Shown here: one piece after another, positions 29,728-40,031 of the stretch
Position numbering within the stretch: position 1 is the first letter of the stretch
Layout of the letters: the number at the start of each line of letters is the position of its first letter
The notes under the pieces: generated by a model
What the model was told of the DNA's origin: nothing
Seen by the model: the letters and a program-made list of their open reading frames with translations, nothing else
The model's database searches: none
Assembly: GCA_963664015.2 (NCBI GenBank)
Contig: CAXXLF010000002.1
Location: forward strand, 736,001-800,000
DNA length: 64,000 bases
Origin: Candidatus Binatia bacterium
Lineage (GTDB): Bacteria; Desulfobacterota; Binatia; UBA9968; CAXXLF01
Reading direction: 5' to 3'
Made by a program: the position numbers and the translations under genes

Positions 29728-30918
29728 CTAACCACGCCCCCAGAGACGCTTGCTTGCGATCCGGGCCCCCTCCACCAATGCGTCGAGCTTTGCCCAGATG
29801 ACGCTGTCGGGCATGTCCGTATTGCGCGCAACGCTGGCAAAGCCGCAATCCACTCCCGCGATAACATTCTCACGGCCCATGAACCCGGCATAACGCTCAA
29901 TGCGCTGGGCCACCAGTTCCGGATGTTCCACGGTGGCCGTGGACTGGGTCACGACGCCCGGTACGAGCAAGGTTTGCGGGGGGAGCTTGACATCTTTCCA
30001 CAGCTTCCATTCGTGCTCGTGGCGCGGATTGGAGGCCTCGAAGGAATGGGACCCCGCATGAATCTTCGCCACGAAATCGATGACGTGTTTGAACTCCAGA
30101 TCGTGCACGCGCGGCCCGAAGGCCACACTGTAGCAGCTGTGAAAGCGAATTCTCTCACGGGGAAGGTCACGCAACGTGTGATTCAGCAGCTCCACGTGAT
30201 GCTCCGCCCAGCGGCGGTACTCTTCAATACTGAGATCCGGGTTACGCAAATAGTGTGTGAGCAATTGAGGATCGTCGACCTGCAAAAGGAGACCGGAATC
30301 GATAATGGCCTTGTATTCCTCTCGTAGGGCCTCGGCAACGGCCACTTCATACTCTTCCTTAGTCCGGTAGTGCTGGTTGGGCCTGCGATAGCTGATTTGG
30401 TCCGGAGCAACTGCGGGGACGAAGGCCTCCTCCACCTTGACCTGGGCCAGGGCTGCTTTGAAGTTTTTGAGGTCCCGATCGAGCAACGCCCTCCCCTTGT
30501 AGGTAACAGGTCCCGTGCAAACAGGCTGCCGGGGAATGCGCCCTTCCGTGGCCCGCTTCAGGGCGGCCTCGGGATGGTAGTAGTCGGGGAAGGCCAGGAA
30601 CTCCCGAGAGCCAGCCAGGTAGTTCACAGCCCGGGGGATATCCTTCTCCGGGATCTCCAGTTGCTCGAACCCGGTCAGACGCTCGTCCGCGTACAGGATA
30701 AAGCCCGCCTTGCTGGCTTCCCCATCGTTGATCACATCGATACCGCAATCCGCCTGCTTGCGCACCATCTCGAGGACGGCGCCCGGCAGGCGAGCCTCGA
30801 AGGCCTGCTCGTCGACCGGCTGCCCCTTCATCTTAGCGCCCAAGTCCTCGATCACGCTGTCGGGTCGCGGGAGGCTCCCCACGTGGGTTGTCAGGATTCT
30901 ATCCGTACTGTGCTTCAT
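29728..30918 (-). CDS. Cobalamin-independent methionine synthase II (MetE C-terminal-like) family protein #2
   Basis: MKHSTDRILTTHVGSLPRP, NDGE, LQVDDP, HSCYS, EASNPRHEHEW, DCGF. Confidence 0.9.
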   Translation of the reverse strand: MKHSTDRILTTHVGSLPRPDSVIEDLGAKMKGQPVDEQAFEARLPGAVLEMVRKQADCGIDVINDGEASKAGFILYADERLTGFEQLEIPEKDIPRAVNYLAGSREFLAFPDYYHPEAALKRATEGRIPRQPVCTGPVTYKGRALLDRDLKNFKAALAQVKVEEAFVPAVAPDQISYRRPNQHYRTKEEYEVAVAEALREEYKAIIDSGLLLQVDDPQLLTHYLRNPDLSIEEYRRWAEHHVELLNHTLRDLPRERIRFHSCYSVAFGPRVHDLEFKHVIDFVAKIHAGSHSFEASNPRHEHEWKLWKDVKLPPQTLLVPGVVTQSTATVEHPELVAQRIERYAGFMGRENVIAGVDCGFASVARNTDMPDSVIWAKLDALVEGARIASKRLWGRG

Positions 30919-31054
30919 TGGCTGCCTATTCCCTCACCGGTAGGTTGACTCACCATAGTCCCAATAACCAATTGCACAGCCATGGTCAAGCGGGACCTTC
31001 CACCTGTCTCGATGCATTCACATATTACTTTTCCGATTGGCATCTTTCTTACAT

Positions 31055-32665
31055 TTAACTTTTTACTTTTGCCTTCACATCGGTGAGTATCTCCCTCGCC
31101 GCATTGTAGCCCGGAAGCCCCGTCACCCCCCCACCGGGGTGAGTCCCCGATCCACAGAGGTAAAGACCGTCGACCGGAGTCCGGTACTGCGCCCAACCTC
31201 TAAGTGGCCGTAACGAGAAGAGCTGGCTCAAGACCATGTCGCCGTGAAAGATGTTGCCTCCCGTCAGACCGTATTTCCTTTCAAGATCCAGTGGGCTCAG
31301 GACCTGTCGCTCGACGATCGCACCTTTTATATTCGGCGCGTATTCGGAAAGTACATCGATCACCCGGTCCGCGTAGGAATCCCCAAGTTCGTCCCAAGTG
31401 CCCTGGACGAGATGGTAGGGAGCGTATTGGACGAAGATGGACATCACATGCCTTCCCGGCGGTACCAGTGAGTCATCGTAGGCCGTCGGGATACAACACT
31501 CGAGCATCGGGTTCCTTGAAGGATTTCCTTTTTCGGCTTCGCGCCAAGCCTCTTCCATGTACTCGAGGCTCGGACAGATATGGATGGTCCCCTTGTGCTG
31601 GGGGCCGAGGTTGGTACCAGGAGAGGCCTTGAAATTGGGAAGCTCGCCCAGGACCAGGTTGATTTTGAGTGCGTTGCCATCCATCTTGATGGCCTCGATC
31701 CGGGAACGAAAGGATACGGGCAGATGGCCCCTGTCCATGAGGCGCAGGAAGGTTCCTTTGGGATCGACGTTAGAGGCAATCACCGGAGCTTCGATCTCCT
31801 CGCCATTCTCTAGAAGCACACCGACGGCCTTGCCGGAACGGATCTGAATCTTGGCAACCGCTGCGTCCGTTTGGATCAACGCACCCTTGGCTTGTGCGGA
31901 TTTGGCCAGGGCCTGCGTAATTCCTCCCATCCCGCCCTTCACGAATCCCCACAGGCCGCGTTTCCCCCCTGCCTCTCCCATACAGTGGTGCAGTAGCACA
32001 TATGCGGAACCGGGAGTTGAAGGTGCGCCGTTAAAACCAATGACCCCATCGGTAGCGAGAGTCGCTTTGATTGCGTCGGATTCAAAATGACCATCAAGAA
32101 ATTCCCTAACGCTCGAGCGCATGATCTTGGCAAGCGCTGCAAGGGAGGATGGATCTCTCCAACCGAGTGCAAGCAACTCGCCGCCGAGGGACAGGCATCG
32201 TTTCCAATCGTCACTCCCCATGGGAGGAAGATTAGGCGGCGTCTTTCTGAATTGGGACTCGGCGAAGACTGCAAGCCGATTGACGAGCGCCTCATAATCG
32301 GCATAATGGGACGCGTCGCGCCGGGAGAATCTGGCCATTTCATCAAATGTCTTTTTTCCATCCTGCCAGAAAAACAGACCCCGGCCGTCCGGATGCGGAG
32401 TGTACGAGACCGGATCCTTGGGAAAGATGGCGTAGCCGAAACGATGCAATTCCAATTCGGCGACAACTCCAGGATCCAGGAGACTGCACACGTATGAGGC
32501 CGTGGATATTCGATGTCTGGGAAAGGTCTCTTCGGTGACACACACTCCACCCACGATGGACCGCCGCTCGAGGACCAGGACATTGAGCCCATTGCGAACC
32601 AGGTATCCGGCGGTTACCAGGCCGTTGTGACCGGCACCGATAATGATGGCATCGAATTTTCTCAC
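31055..32665 (-). CDS. FAD-dependent oxidoreductase, phytoene dehydrogenase-like (PYROXD2 type)
   Basis: IIGAGHNGL, GGMG.I, GGNIFHG, YRTPV.GLYLCGSGTHPGGGVTG. Confidence 0.9.
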   Translation of the reverse strand: MRKFDAIIIGAGHNGLVTAGYLVRNGLNVLVLERRSIVGGVCVTEETFPRHRISTASYVCSLLDPGVVAELELHRFGYAIFPKDPVSYTPHPDGRGLFFWQDGKKTFDEMARFSRRDASHYADYEALVNRLAVFAESQFRKTPPNLPPMGSDDWKRCLSLGGELLALGWRDPSSLAALAKIMRSSVREFLDGHFESDAIKATLATDGVIGFNGAPSTPGSAYVLLHHCMGEAGGKRGLWGFVKGGMGGITQALAKSAQAKGALIQTDAAVAKIQIRSGKAVGVLLENGEEIEAPVIASNVDPKGTFLRLMDRGHLPVSFRSRIEAIKMDGNALKINLVLGELPNFKASPGTNLGPQHKGTIHICPSLEYMEEAWREAEKGNPSRNPMLECCIPTAYDDSLVPPGRHVMSIFVQYAPYHLVQGTWDELGDSYADRVIDVLSEYAPNIKGAIVERQVLSPLDLERKYGLTGGNIFHGDMVLSQLFSLRPLRGWAQYRTPVDGLYLCGSGTHPGGGVTGLPGYNAAREILTDVKAKVKS

Positions 32666-32763
32666 GGAGGAAAGCTTGGGCAGGGAACCCGTGCCTTTAG
32701 TTCGTAAACAGAACGGGGCTCAAAGTCCCGCCGGTCCCAGCGGCTCACGAGGGAAGCCCGGAA

Positions 32764-33804
32764 TTACTCCTTGACGATCTGTACCTCGGCCTTCACGCCG
32801 TTATCGGCGAGTGCCTGCAGATACTCCTGGTGAATCTCCGGAGGCTCCTCATCGAAGGGGAGCATATAATGGAGCGGCGTACGGTAACGGTCCTGGCTAT
32901 ACTTGGGGCTTCTCCCCCGCATGGCAAAGTGCCGCATGGTCGTAGCGCCGGTATTGAAATGACCGTGGAACATGAGATCGCCAGGCGAGTAGATAGATCC
33001 GGGTTGAACCTCAAAGCGCTGGCGCGCTTCGTCTTCGCGCCAAACCATCCCGAATCCGTTTCCCTGGGTCACGCAAACGATGGCACCGGGGCCATGCCGA
33101 TGAAAGGTGCTGCGGCTACCTACGGGTATTTCTTGAACGTGACAGCCATAGGTGGTGCCCGCCAATCCGAAACGCATGATCTTCACACCTTTGCCTTTCA
33201 TCGGATAATCGTCCAGGGAAAAGGTATTGACGTCAGGAATCAGGTTGGTTTCCCAGCTGCGGGTCGTCAGCTGCACGTTGTGACTGAAATAATCGGGTTC
33301 GTTGGCGAAGCGATCCCGGAACTGGAACGGGTTGCGAAAGATGAAATCCTCGTTATGAAACAAATTCATCAAATGGGGCAAATTGGTTCCCGCCAGAATG
33401 CGAACGGGTTCGTCCTTGGAAACGTTGAAATGCTGATAAGAGACATTCAAAGGGATGGCAAAGACAGCGCCGGCGCTCCATTCGAATGTACGTTTGGTAT
33501 TATCCTCATGCCAGAGGGTGGTGGCACCGCTGCCGGCGCCCACATGAATCAGGGTCTCGAACAAATGGCGCTGGGGCAGGGTCTGACTGGCCGGCGGAAT
33601 CTCACACACATAGGCGTCCGTGTCATCCTGGTCGCCCATGTTCAGGTAACAACCCAATGCTCCCATCCGTTTCCACGGTTGGACCTCAACCGTCTTGAAA
33701 TCCTCCAGGAAATAGCCGTGGATGACTGGAAGCCCTTCTTTGGACAAAAACTCTTCGTAGGGCGTTGCACCCAGATCAATCGCATCTCTGATCGGCAGTT
33801 TCAT
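32764..33804 (-). CDS. Bicupin protein
   Basis: PQRHLFE...G.G...YQHFN and FHRHGPG...FHGHFN. Confidence 0.85.
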   Translation of the reverse strand: MKLPIRDAIDLGATPYEEFLSKEGLPVIHGYFLEDFKTVEVQPWKRMGALGCYLNMGDQDDTDAYVCEIPPASQTLPQRHLFETLIHVGAGSGATTLWHEDNTKRTFEWSAGAVFAIPLNVSYQHFNVSKDEPVRILAGTNLPHLMNLFHNEDFIFRNPFQFRDRFANEPDYFSHNVQLTTRSWETNLIPDVNTFSLDDYPMKGKGVKIMRFGLAGTTYGCHVQEIPVGSRSTFHRHGPGAIVCVTQGNGFGMVWREDEARQRFEVQPGSIYSPGDLMFHGHFNTGATTMRHFAMRGRSPKYSQDRYRTPLHYMLPFDEEPPEIHQEYLQALADNGVKAEVQIVKE

Positions 33805-33977
33805 GGCTCGGATACCTCCGGGAAAGAATTCTGGACACCCAACTTAGCCCCAATTGAGCAAAGGCGTCAACCGCTCATCAAATCAGACTATGTGGACAAC
33901 CGGCTTTGAATCCCCGTGGCCTATATAACTTGCAAAGGGAAAATCACCCGCTTCTCCCCTTTTTTTGGATAACCCAT

Positions 33978-34133
33978 CGATCCTTCGACTTTGCTCAGGA
34001 TGGTGAGCCTGCCCTTCGAGAGCCTCAGGGCCGTGAGCTTGTCGAATCGGTCGAACCATTATGTGCCCGCGGCTTGCCTCGGGAATTCCTACATAATGAT
34101 GGATACCACGGGCGTAAGCTCGTGGAGGCTTCA
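33978..34133. repeat. Mosaic of REP-like palindromic elements
   Basis: CCTTCGACTTTGCTCAGG...GAGCTTGTCGAA..GTCGAACC, and GGATACCACGGGCGTAAGCTCGTGGAGGCTTCA (inverted copy of 39020-39052). Confidence 0.7.
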
Positions 34134-34892
34134 CCTACGAAACAGTGTTTTTCCATTTTTCCCCAGGACTCGTTCGATGTCGCTGCTGAAGAGTCCCGGT
34201 TTGCCGCTCAGAAACTCCATGGCCGTCCTACCCGCTTTGGTTTCGGCGGTCGTGAATTTCTGCCGGCGTCGGTAGTCGTGTTTATCAATGTAACGCTCCA
34301 GCGTATCCCTGAGAGACCTGGCCTTTTGGGCCTGAACCTCCCGTAGTAACCCGAAATTGGGGTGGTTGAAGGATTGTTCCTCGGTCAGGAGAAAGTGAAG
34401 CAAACAGATTCCCTGTGAGGTTTCGTAGTTTTCGAAGAACTCCTTTTCCTGTAGATGGTCCAGGAATTCTTTCAAATGATAGGACTCGAATTGTGTAACG
34501 TAGCGGCAGACGGGACAGCTCTTCTGCTTGATCATGGGACGAATTTTGCGTTGTCTCTTGGCAAAAACCGATTTGAGGGTCTTCTTTTTTGTCCCTGTGC
34601 CGGCCCCTGCCAGGTTATCGAACTTCCTCAAGAGATCCGAGGCAAGAATGGCAAAGCCAAGATCCGGTGAACTGATATGGGGTAGGCCGGAAAGCTGCCA
34701 GGTATGCCAGTTGCACAGCCCGAATGAGTCGATCAACTCCATGCGCGTCGGGACATCCATAATGCGCTCATACATCATACTGTCCAGGTAGCCGAGGCCA
34801 TCCTGGATGACGAGGCTGCAGATGGGGCACCCCGCCTCACCCAGGGTATCCAGGAGCTTGAAATAAGAGCGTCCCTTGCGCACAGATTCCAT
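34131..34892 (-). CDS. DUF6062-like protein with two C-x2-C / C-x2-H modules
   Basis: GCPIC..GLCNWH and CPVC..GICLLH; KHDYR; start at 34892 is uncertain. Confidence 0.7.
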   Translation of the reverse strand: MESVRKGRSYFKLLDTLGEAGCPICSLVIQDGLGYLDSMMYERIMDVPTRMELIDSFGLCNWHTWQLSGLPHISSPDLGFAILASDLLRKFDNLAGAGTGTKKKTLKSVFAKRQRKIRPMIKQKSCPVCRYVTQFESYHLKEFLDHLQEKEFFENYETSQGICLLHFLLTEEQSFNHPNFGLLREVQAQKARSLRDTLERYIDKHDYRRRQKFTTAETKAGRTAMEFLSGKPGLFSSDIERVLGKNGKTLFRR

Positions 34893-35065
34893 GCCCTGTG
34901 CATAGCACCCCCGCTCCCGAATTGGCAACGAAGACACAAGGAGATCAAACTCGGTCAACTAGAACCATCTTGACGAGGGATCCATCCATACGATAGAAAG
35001 CCAATTGGGCAAGGGCTGGCGTGAGACCCCGGGAAAGCCCATAAGGATTAGAATAAGGACGCACT

Positions 35066-36328
35066 ATGGCAAATGAAACGACGACCGGACCAGGAACATC
35101 TACAACAGTGGATCCAAACACGGTCGTCATCAGCAGTCGGGAAAAACAGATTGTCCTGTGGTTGAACAACATCAACCATATGATGAACCATTTTCAGAAC
35201 CAGATCGTATTCGTTATGTACCCGACCATCGCAAGAGAGATGGGTTTCGGCCCGCTTCAGTTGAGCCTCCTCACTGCCGGGCGAAGCATCTTCAACAACT
35301 GGGCGCAGCTGGGGTACGGATTTATCACACCGTTTGTTCCCCGCTTTCAGCTCCTAGGCATTACTAGCCTGATATACGCCATAGGTACCTTTCTTAGCGG
35401 CACCGCGTGGAGCTTCCTGAGCTTCCTCGGGATTCGCTGCCTCGCGGCACTGGGCTCAAGCTCCATGCACCCTGTAGGCACCAGCCTGCTGGCCAGTTAC
35501 TTCAGGGAGACTCGAGGTGCAGTGCTGGCTCTGAACAGCACCATGTCCCAGGTGGGCAGCATCATGGCTCCCTTACTAGGCGGGTTTTTACTAATTACCA
35601 TCGGTTGGCGAAATACCTTCTTCAGCGTAGCTATCCTGAGCGTCCTGATGGCCTTAGCCTACTTCTTTTTTCGGGATCGTGTCAGGGACACGACCAAGAC
35701 CACCGAGTCGAATAAGGCAAAACTCGCCCGTAGCAAAAGCAGTTATCTGCGCCTGCTGCGCAACCGCAATTTCATGCTCATCGCCCTCGTATTTCTCATA
35801 GGCGGTGCCGGTCGGGGTGAGGTGATGCCGACTTACCTACCCCTCTACCTTGAGCGGGATTTCGGTTTTGCCACCACCTTCACCATCACAGTGCTCTTTC
35901 TATTCCAACTGGGCGGTCTCGCGGGCCCCCTCCTGTTCGGATGGTTCTCCGACCGGGGCTCCCGTAAACGGGTCACTCAGGCCTCTTTGGCACTTTCGGG
36001 GCTGGGCGCCATCGGATTGGCATGGCAAGGACCTAACCCGATTCTGATCATCCTCAACGTTATCTTCTTTGGCGCGGTCACCCACTCCCGAGGGAGTCTG
36101 ACCCAGGCCATGGTGGCCGACTCGGTAACCGAAGAGGACCAGGACGCGGCATTTAGCCTCTATTTCTTTCTCGGGTTCCTATCGGCCCCGGTCTGGGCGA
36201 TCGTGACCGGCTACCTGTTTCAGGCCTACAGCTTCACGGCGGCCTTTTCGGTCATGTCACTGAGCTTCTTTGCCGCCATGATCGCGATGAACCTGGTGCA
36301 GGATACCCAACCCCGTCGTGCCGCCTGA
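35066..36328 (+). CDS. MFS transporter
   Basis: About 12 hydrophobic segments; GWFSDRGSRK motif. Confidence 0.92.
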   Translation: MANETTTGPGTSTTVDPNTVVISSREKQIVLWLNNINHMMNHFQNQIVFVMYPTIAREMGFGPLQLSLLTAGRSIFNNWAQLGYGFITPFVPRFQLLGITSLIYAIGTFLSGTAWSFLSFLGIRCLAALGSSSMHPVGTSLLASYFRETRGAVLALNSTMSQVGSIMAPLLGGFLLITIGWRNTFFSVAILSVLMALAYFFFRDRVRDTTKTTESNKAKLARSKSSYLRLLRNRNFMLIALVFLIGGAGRGEVMPTYLPLYLERDFGFATTFTITVLFLFQLGGLAGPLLFGWFSDRGSRKRVTQASLALSGLGAIGLAWQGPNPILIILNVIFFGAVTHSRGSLTQAMVADSVTEEDQDAAFSLYFFLGFLSAPVWAIVTGYLFQAYSFTAAFSVMSLSFFAAMIAMNLVQDTQPRRAA

Positions 36329-36362
36329 GCCCCCTGCAGGGCTCCCGATGCGTTATTCTTTC

Positions 36363-36402
36363 TAAAGGCACCGGCAGACTCTCGGTTCTGCCGGTGCCTT
36401 TA
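36363..36402. terminator. Probable bidirectional intrinsic terminator
   Basis: 16-bp perfect inverted repeat TAAAGGCACCGGCAGA / TCTGCCGGTGCCTTTA between convergent genes. Confidence 0.75.
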
Positions 36403-36591
36403 TCCCCAATCGTAAAGACCGACATGTTAGGGAAACGTGGCGCGCAGCCTGAGTCTCCTCTCCGTGGCTAGGGCATCATTCGCCGACAGAGATAGGTAAG
36501 AGCTCTAAGTGTGTACTGGGAGAGATGATAGGTGAATCATAGGTGAAAAAGATGAAACCGCACTAGTTTACGAAGCGGGACAGGATTACGC

Positions 36592-37062
36592 TTATTCTTT
36601 GTCTCCGAGCATCGTCCCGCGGCACCGGCGCGCACCGCAGAAGCAGGCATGCTCCTTTTTCGCCTTCTTGGTATGACGTTCGGATAGCTGCAGGTTGTAG
36701 TCGTATCTGATTTCTTCGCCCTTTTTGATGTCGCGAATCGCATCGATGAAAATACGGTCATTCTCGTCATCCGTATCGCAGTTGGGGTCGCACGAGTGGT
36801 TAATCCAACGAGCCGAATTCCCTTTGCGGGTGCCGTCGATAACGATTTCATCGTTGACCGTGAAAAGCATGGTATGGGGCGAGTTGGCCTGTTCTTCCCC
36901 GAAGCGATCATCGGCCTCTTCATGAGAGATGCGCATGCCCTTGTACTCTATAACCCGACTCCCTTTCCGAATGAGTCTGAGCGCAAAGACGCCAAACCCG
37001 TGAATGGAAGAACGGCGTACCACAAGCCTCCGTTTGCCTATTTTCTTTTTTGCACGCGCCAT
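36592..37062 (-). CDS. SET-domain protein-lysine methyltransferase
   Basis: SSIHGFGVFA, ARWINHSCDPNC, GEEIRYDY, post-SET CFCGARRCRG; GGAGG RBS. Confidence 0.93.
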   Translation of the reverse strand: MARAKKKIGKRRLVVRRSSIHGFGVFALRLIRKGSRVIEYKGMRISHEEADDRFGEEQANSPHTMLFTVNDEIVIDGTRKGNSARWINHSCDPNCDTDDENDRIFIDAIRDIKKGEEIRYDYNLQLSERHTKKAKKEHACFCGARRCRGTMLGDKE

Positions 37063-37187
37063 GGTGAATCTTACCTCCGGTTCAATTGAAGTTGACTGTC
37101 TTTTGAGAAATGGGCGAGAGCCCAAGCTGAGAAGATATATATTAGCAACGTACGGAACCCGAGTCACTAAAAAATTGGTTCGAGAAA

Positions 37188-37817
37188 TTAGGAAAAGCTT
37201 TGCCAGTTACGGTAGGTTCGATCCGCATAGAGTTTCTTCATATCAAGCCCAATAGGGATCCCTCGACCGCTCAAATACGCGGCGATAGGCTTCAATGGTA
37301 ATCCCACAGCGGCAAGATAGTCCCCCTGGATGGCCGCGATCAGAGCCCTCCCCTCTCCCTGGATGGAATAAGCGCCGGCCTTATCGAGGGACTCACCGCA
37401 GGAGAGATAGCTTTCGATCTGTTCTTCCGAATAGGGGTGCATCTGGACCGAGACCACCTCGACCATCTCTAACCCTGGGCCTCCCTTGCCATCGACAATC
37501 GCCACGCTGGTCAAAATCCGGTGGGTTCGACCCGAAAGAACATGAAGGATACGCCTGGCATCGGCTACTCCGTTCGGCTTGCCGATCTTTTCTTCATCGA
37601 TTTGAATCATGGTGTCGCTACCGATAACGAGGCCTTCCGGGTATTGGTGGAGGACAGACCGGGCCTTACCGAGAGCAAAACACAGCACCTCATCCTCCGC
37701 AGGACGATGGGCAACCCCAAGTTCGTCATAATCCGGGGCTACGACCTCAAAGGGCAAACCAAGCAAGGTGAGAATTTCACGGCGGCGGGGAGAGGTAGAG
37801 GCGAGGATGAGCTTCAT
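37188..37817 (-). CDS. maf: Maf-family nucleoside triphosphate pyrophosphatase
   Basis: LILASTSPRRREIL, GSDT, GKP, LSGRTH, DKAGAYSIQG, VGLP. Confidence 0.93.
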   Translation of the reverse strand: MKLILASTSPRRREILTLLGLPFEVVAPDYDELGVAHRPAEDEVLCFALGKARSVLHQYPEGLVIGSDTMIQIDEEKIGKPNGVADARRILHVLSGRTHRILTSVAIVDGKGGPGLEMVEVVSVQMHPYSEEQIESYLSCGESLDKAGAYSIQGEGRALIAAIQGDYLAAVGLPLKPIAAYLSGRGIPIGLDMKKLYADRTYRNWQSFS

Positions 37818-37829
37818 AGAAGCAGAGAT

Positions 37830-39020
37830 TCAGAGGCCTAGGGGGGCAATGACCGGACCCTCAGTTGGCTCCCACGGGGCAGGACTCTGGTTATCTCCAG
37901 TCGAAGCGATCATCGCGGTGTAGTTCCGTAGGCAGCGCACTACATCGCCTACGTCCTTTGCCTGGACCATTTGATTGCGCAACTTGGACGCTCCCGGAAT
38001 ACCCTTACAGTACCATGCCAGATGTTTACGCATCCCGACAAAACTCGGGGCGCCCGAAACCTGGTCAAAATAATTGCTGTGCTCCAGGATAACGCTGATT
38101 CGCTCTTCCAGGGACACAGGTGTCAACGGTTCCTGGCAAATCCACGCCCTGTTCTGGGAGAGCAACGCCTCTTTGAGCCGTGCCTTGCCCCGGAAGATCC
38201 ATGGGTTCCCCTGGACCGAGCGCCCAAGTAGAACACCATCGACCTGAGTCTCACGGACACGACGATAAACATCCTGCATACCTCGCAGATCCCCGTTTCC
38301 AAGGATCAATGTTCCCGAACCCTTGACCACTGAAGCTGCCAGAGCAATGGCCTCCCAATCGGCCTCGCCCTTGTACATTTGCTTGAGGGTTCGTCCGTGG
38401 AGTGAGATCACTGATGGTCTCTCCTCTAGAAGCGCTCGCATCCAATCTTCCACGACGATCCGGTCATACCCCAGGCGGGTCTTGACCGAAACCGGGATCG
38501 GGCGCCGCAGGTCCGGAGTTTCACTCCCCGTTCTGAACCGATTGACACTTTTCACCCGTTCGCTAACCTCCGGGTGCAACTCCAGGCCCGAAAGGCTCTG
38601 TCCCCGGCACCAGTCTTGGATTCCCCGACGCACGCTCCGGATGATGGACCGGGCTATATCCGGAGTCAGGATCAAAGCGGCGCCGCAGCCGTTACCGACG
38701 ACCTTGCGCGCGGGACACCCCATATTAATGTCCAGCCCATCGAAACCGAGCTCACAGACGATATGGGCAATTTTGTAGAAAAGCTCCGGGTCATGGCCAT
38801 AAACCTGGGCCACGATCGGGCGTTCCAACTCGCCATAGGTCAAATCTCTGATCAGCGTGTGCGGTGCATAGAGCGCCGTCTGGACGTTGACGAACTCGGT
38901 AAAGGTCACATCGGGACCACCATGTTTCGCGATGATGTGGCGGAAAGCCAAGTCAGTGACCCCGTCCATAGGGGAAAGGCCGACGATGGGTCTGGGGATC
39001 TTATGCCAAAAATTTTCCAT
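37830..39020 (-). CDS. tRNA-dihydrouridine synthase (Dus family)
   Basis: LSPMDGVTD, DINMGCP, VSVKTRLG, LHGRT, GNGD, GNPW, MRKHLAWY. Confidence 0.93.
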   Translation of the reverse strand: MENFWHKIPRPIVGLSPMDGVTDLAFRHIIAKHGGPDVTFTEFVNVQTALYAPHTLIRDLTYGELERPIVAQVYGHDPELFYKIAHIVCELGFDGLDINMGCPARKVVGNGCGAALILTPDIARSIIRSVRRGIQDWCRGQSLSGLELHPEVSERVKSVNRFRTGSETPDLRRPIPVSVKTRLGYDRIVVEDWMRALLEERPSVISLHGRTLKQMYKGEADWEAIALAASVVKGSGTLILGNGDLRGMQDVYRRVRETQVDGVLLGRSVQGNPWIFRGKARLKEALLSQNRAWICQEPLTPVSLEERISVILEHSNYFDQVSGAPSFVGMRKHLAWYCKGIPGASKLRNQMVQAKDVGDVVRCLRNYTAMIASTGDNQSPAPWEPTEGPVIAPLGL

Positions 39021-39222
39021 GAAGCCTACACGGGCTTACGCCCGTGGTATCCCTCTTTCTTCGGCGGAATCCACCGAAACGCCCTCCTTGCCTACTCCGC
39101 CGAAGCAGCTGTTTGGGCTGCGAAGGCCGGTCGCTCTTCGAGCTTCGGCCCGTCGCCCGTAGGCTTTAGGGCGGAGAGTTTGTCCATCGCATTCATCCAT
39201 GGGCTTACGCGAAGGCGGATGG
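39020..39222. repeat. Composite REP-like element
   Basis: TGAAGCCTACACGGGCTTACGCCCGTGGTATCC hairpin, CCGCCGAAG..GCGAAGGCCGG segments, terminal CCATGGGCTTACGCGAAGGCGGAT. Confidence 0.7.
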
Positions 39223-39335
39223 AATTAGACAACTCTGGTTATGATAGCAAAGCTCCCCGATAGGAACAACAACTGGAATAGTCGATCAGAATACAGTATA
39301 AAATAGAATATTAACCCGCATTAGGAGGTAATGAA

Positions 39336-39953
39336 ATGAGCCTGTTTAGACGTACGGCCATAAAGATGCTAGCTATGGGTTCCCTTCTTTTTGCCATCGG
39401 GCTATTGCCCGGCGAGCGCGCCCACAGCCAGCTCCAAGGGAAACAACACAAAGTAATCTTTACAACCAACCTCGGGGCCTTCGTCGTCGAGTTGTATCCG
39501 GACAAGGCCCCCATCAGTGTGAAGAACTTCCTCGACTATGTGGACTCTGGATTTTTCGACAACACCATCTTCCACCGCGTCATTCCCGGTTTCATGATAC
39601 AAGGCGGGGGATTCGGCCCGGATCTGAAGCGCAAAAAGACCCGCTCCCCAATCAAGAATGAGGCCGACAACGGTCTCAAGAATAAACGCGGCACCCTTTC
39701 TATGGCCCGTACGAATGAGATTCACAGCGCCATGTCCCAGTTTTTCATCAGCGTCAAAAACAACGATTTTCTAGATCACGGTACCCAGGATTTCGGTTAC
39801 GCGGTCTTTGCAAGGGTGATCGCGGGGATGGAGGTGGTCGACAAGATTGCCGCTGTCCCGACGGGCAATAGCGGCTACATGAAAAATATACCCAAACCTC
39901 CGGTGGTCATCCAGTCGGCGCGTCGCGAACCGGAACCGGGAAAGCCCAATTGA
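39336..39953 (+). CDS. Cyclophilin-type peptidyl-prolyl isomerase (periplasmic)
   Basis: Signal peptide; [33 protein letters not shown]. Confidence 0.95.
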   Translation: MSLFRRTAIKMLAMGSLLFAIGLLPGERAHSQLQGKQHKVIFTTNLGAFVVELYPDKAPISVKNFLDYVDSGFFDNTIFHRVIPGFMIQGGGFGPDLKRKKTRSPIKNEADNGLKNKRGTLSMARTNEIHSAMSQFFISVKNNDFLDHGTQDFGYAVFARVIAGMEVVDKIAAVPTGNSGYMKNIPKPPVVIQSARREPEPGKPN

Positions 39954-40031
39954 CAAACCCAACGACCCAAGAGTAATAAGTCATGTTTCCAAACAGTGCT
40001 ATCGGCTCAAAGCCCCTTGAGGAGAATCTTT

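Noticed and set aside
31055-32665. Carotenoid biosynthesis (crtI)
   Set aside because: Motifs fit the PYROXD2-like clade and no crtB/crtE lies nearby
32830-33909. 359-aa plus-strand ORF and the many other antisense or overlapping ORFs
   Set aside because: Shadow ORFs of well-supported opposite-strand genes, with no recognisable motifs
33883-34134. 83-aa ORF MKPPRAYARG...
   Set aside because: It is a translation of the REP-like repeats, not a credible gene
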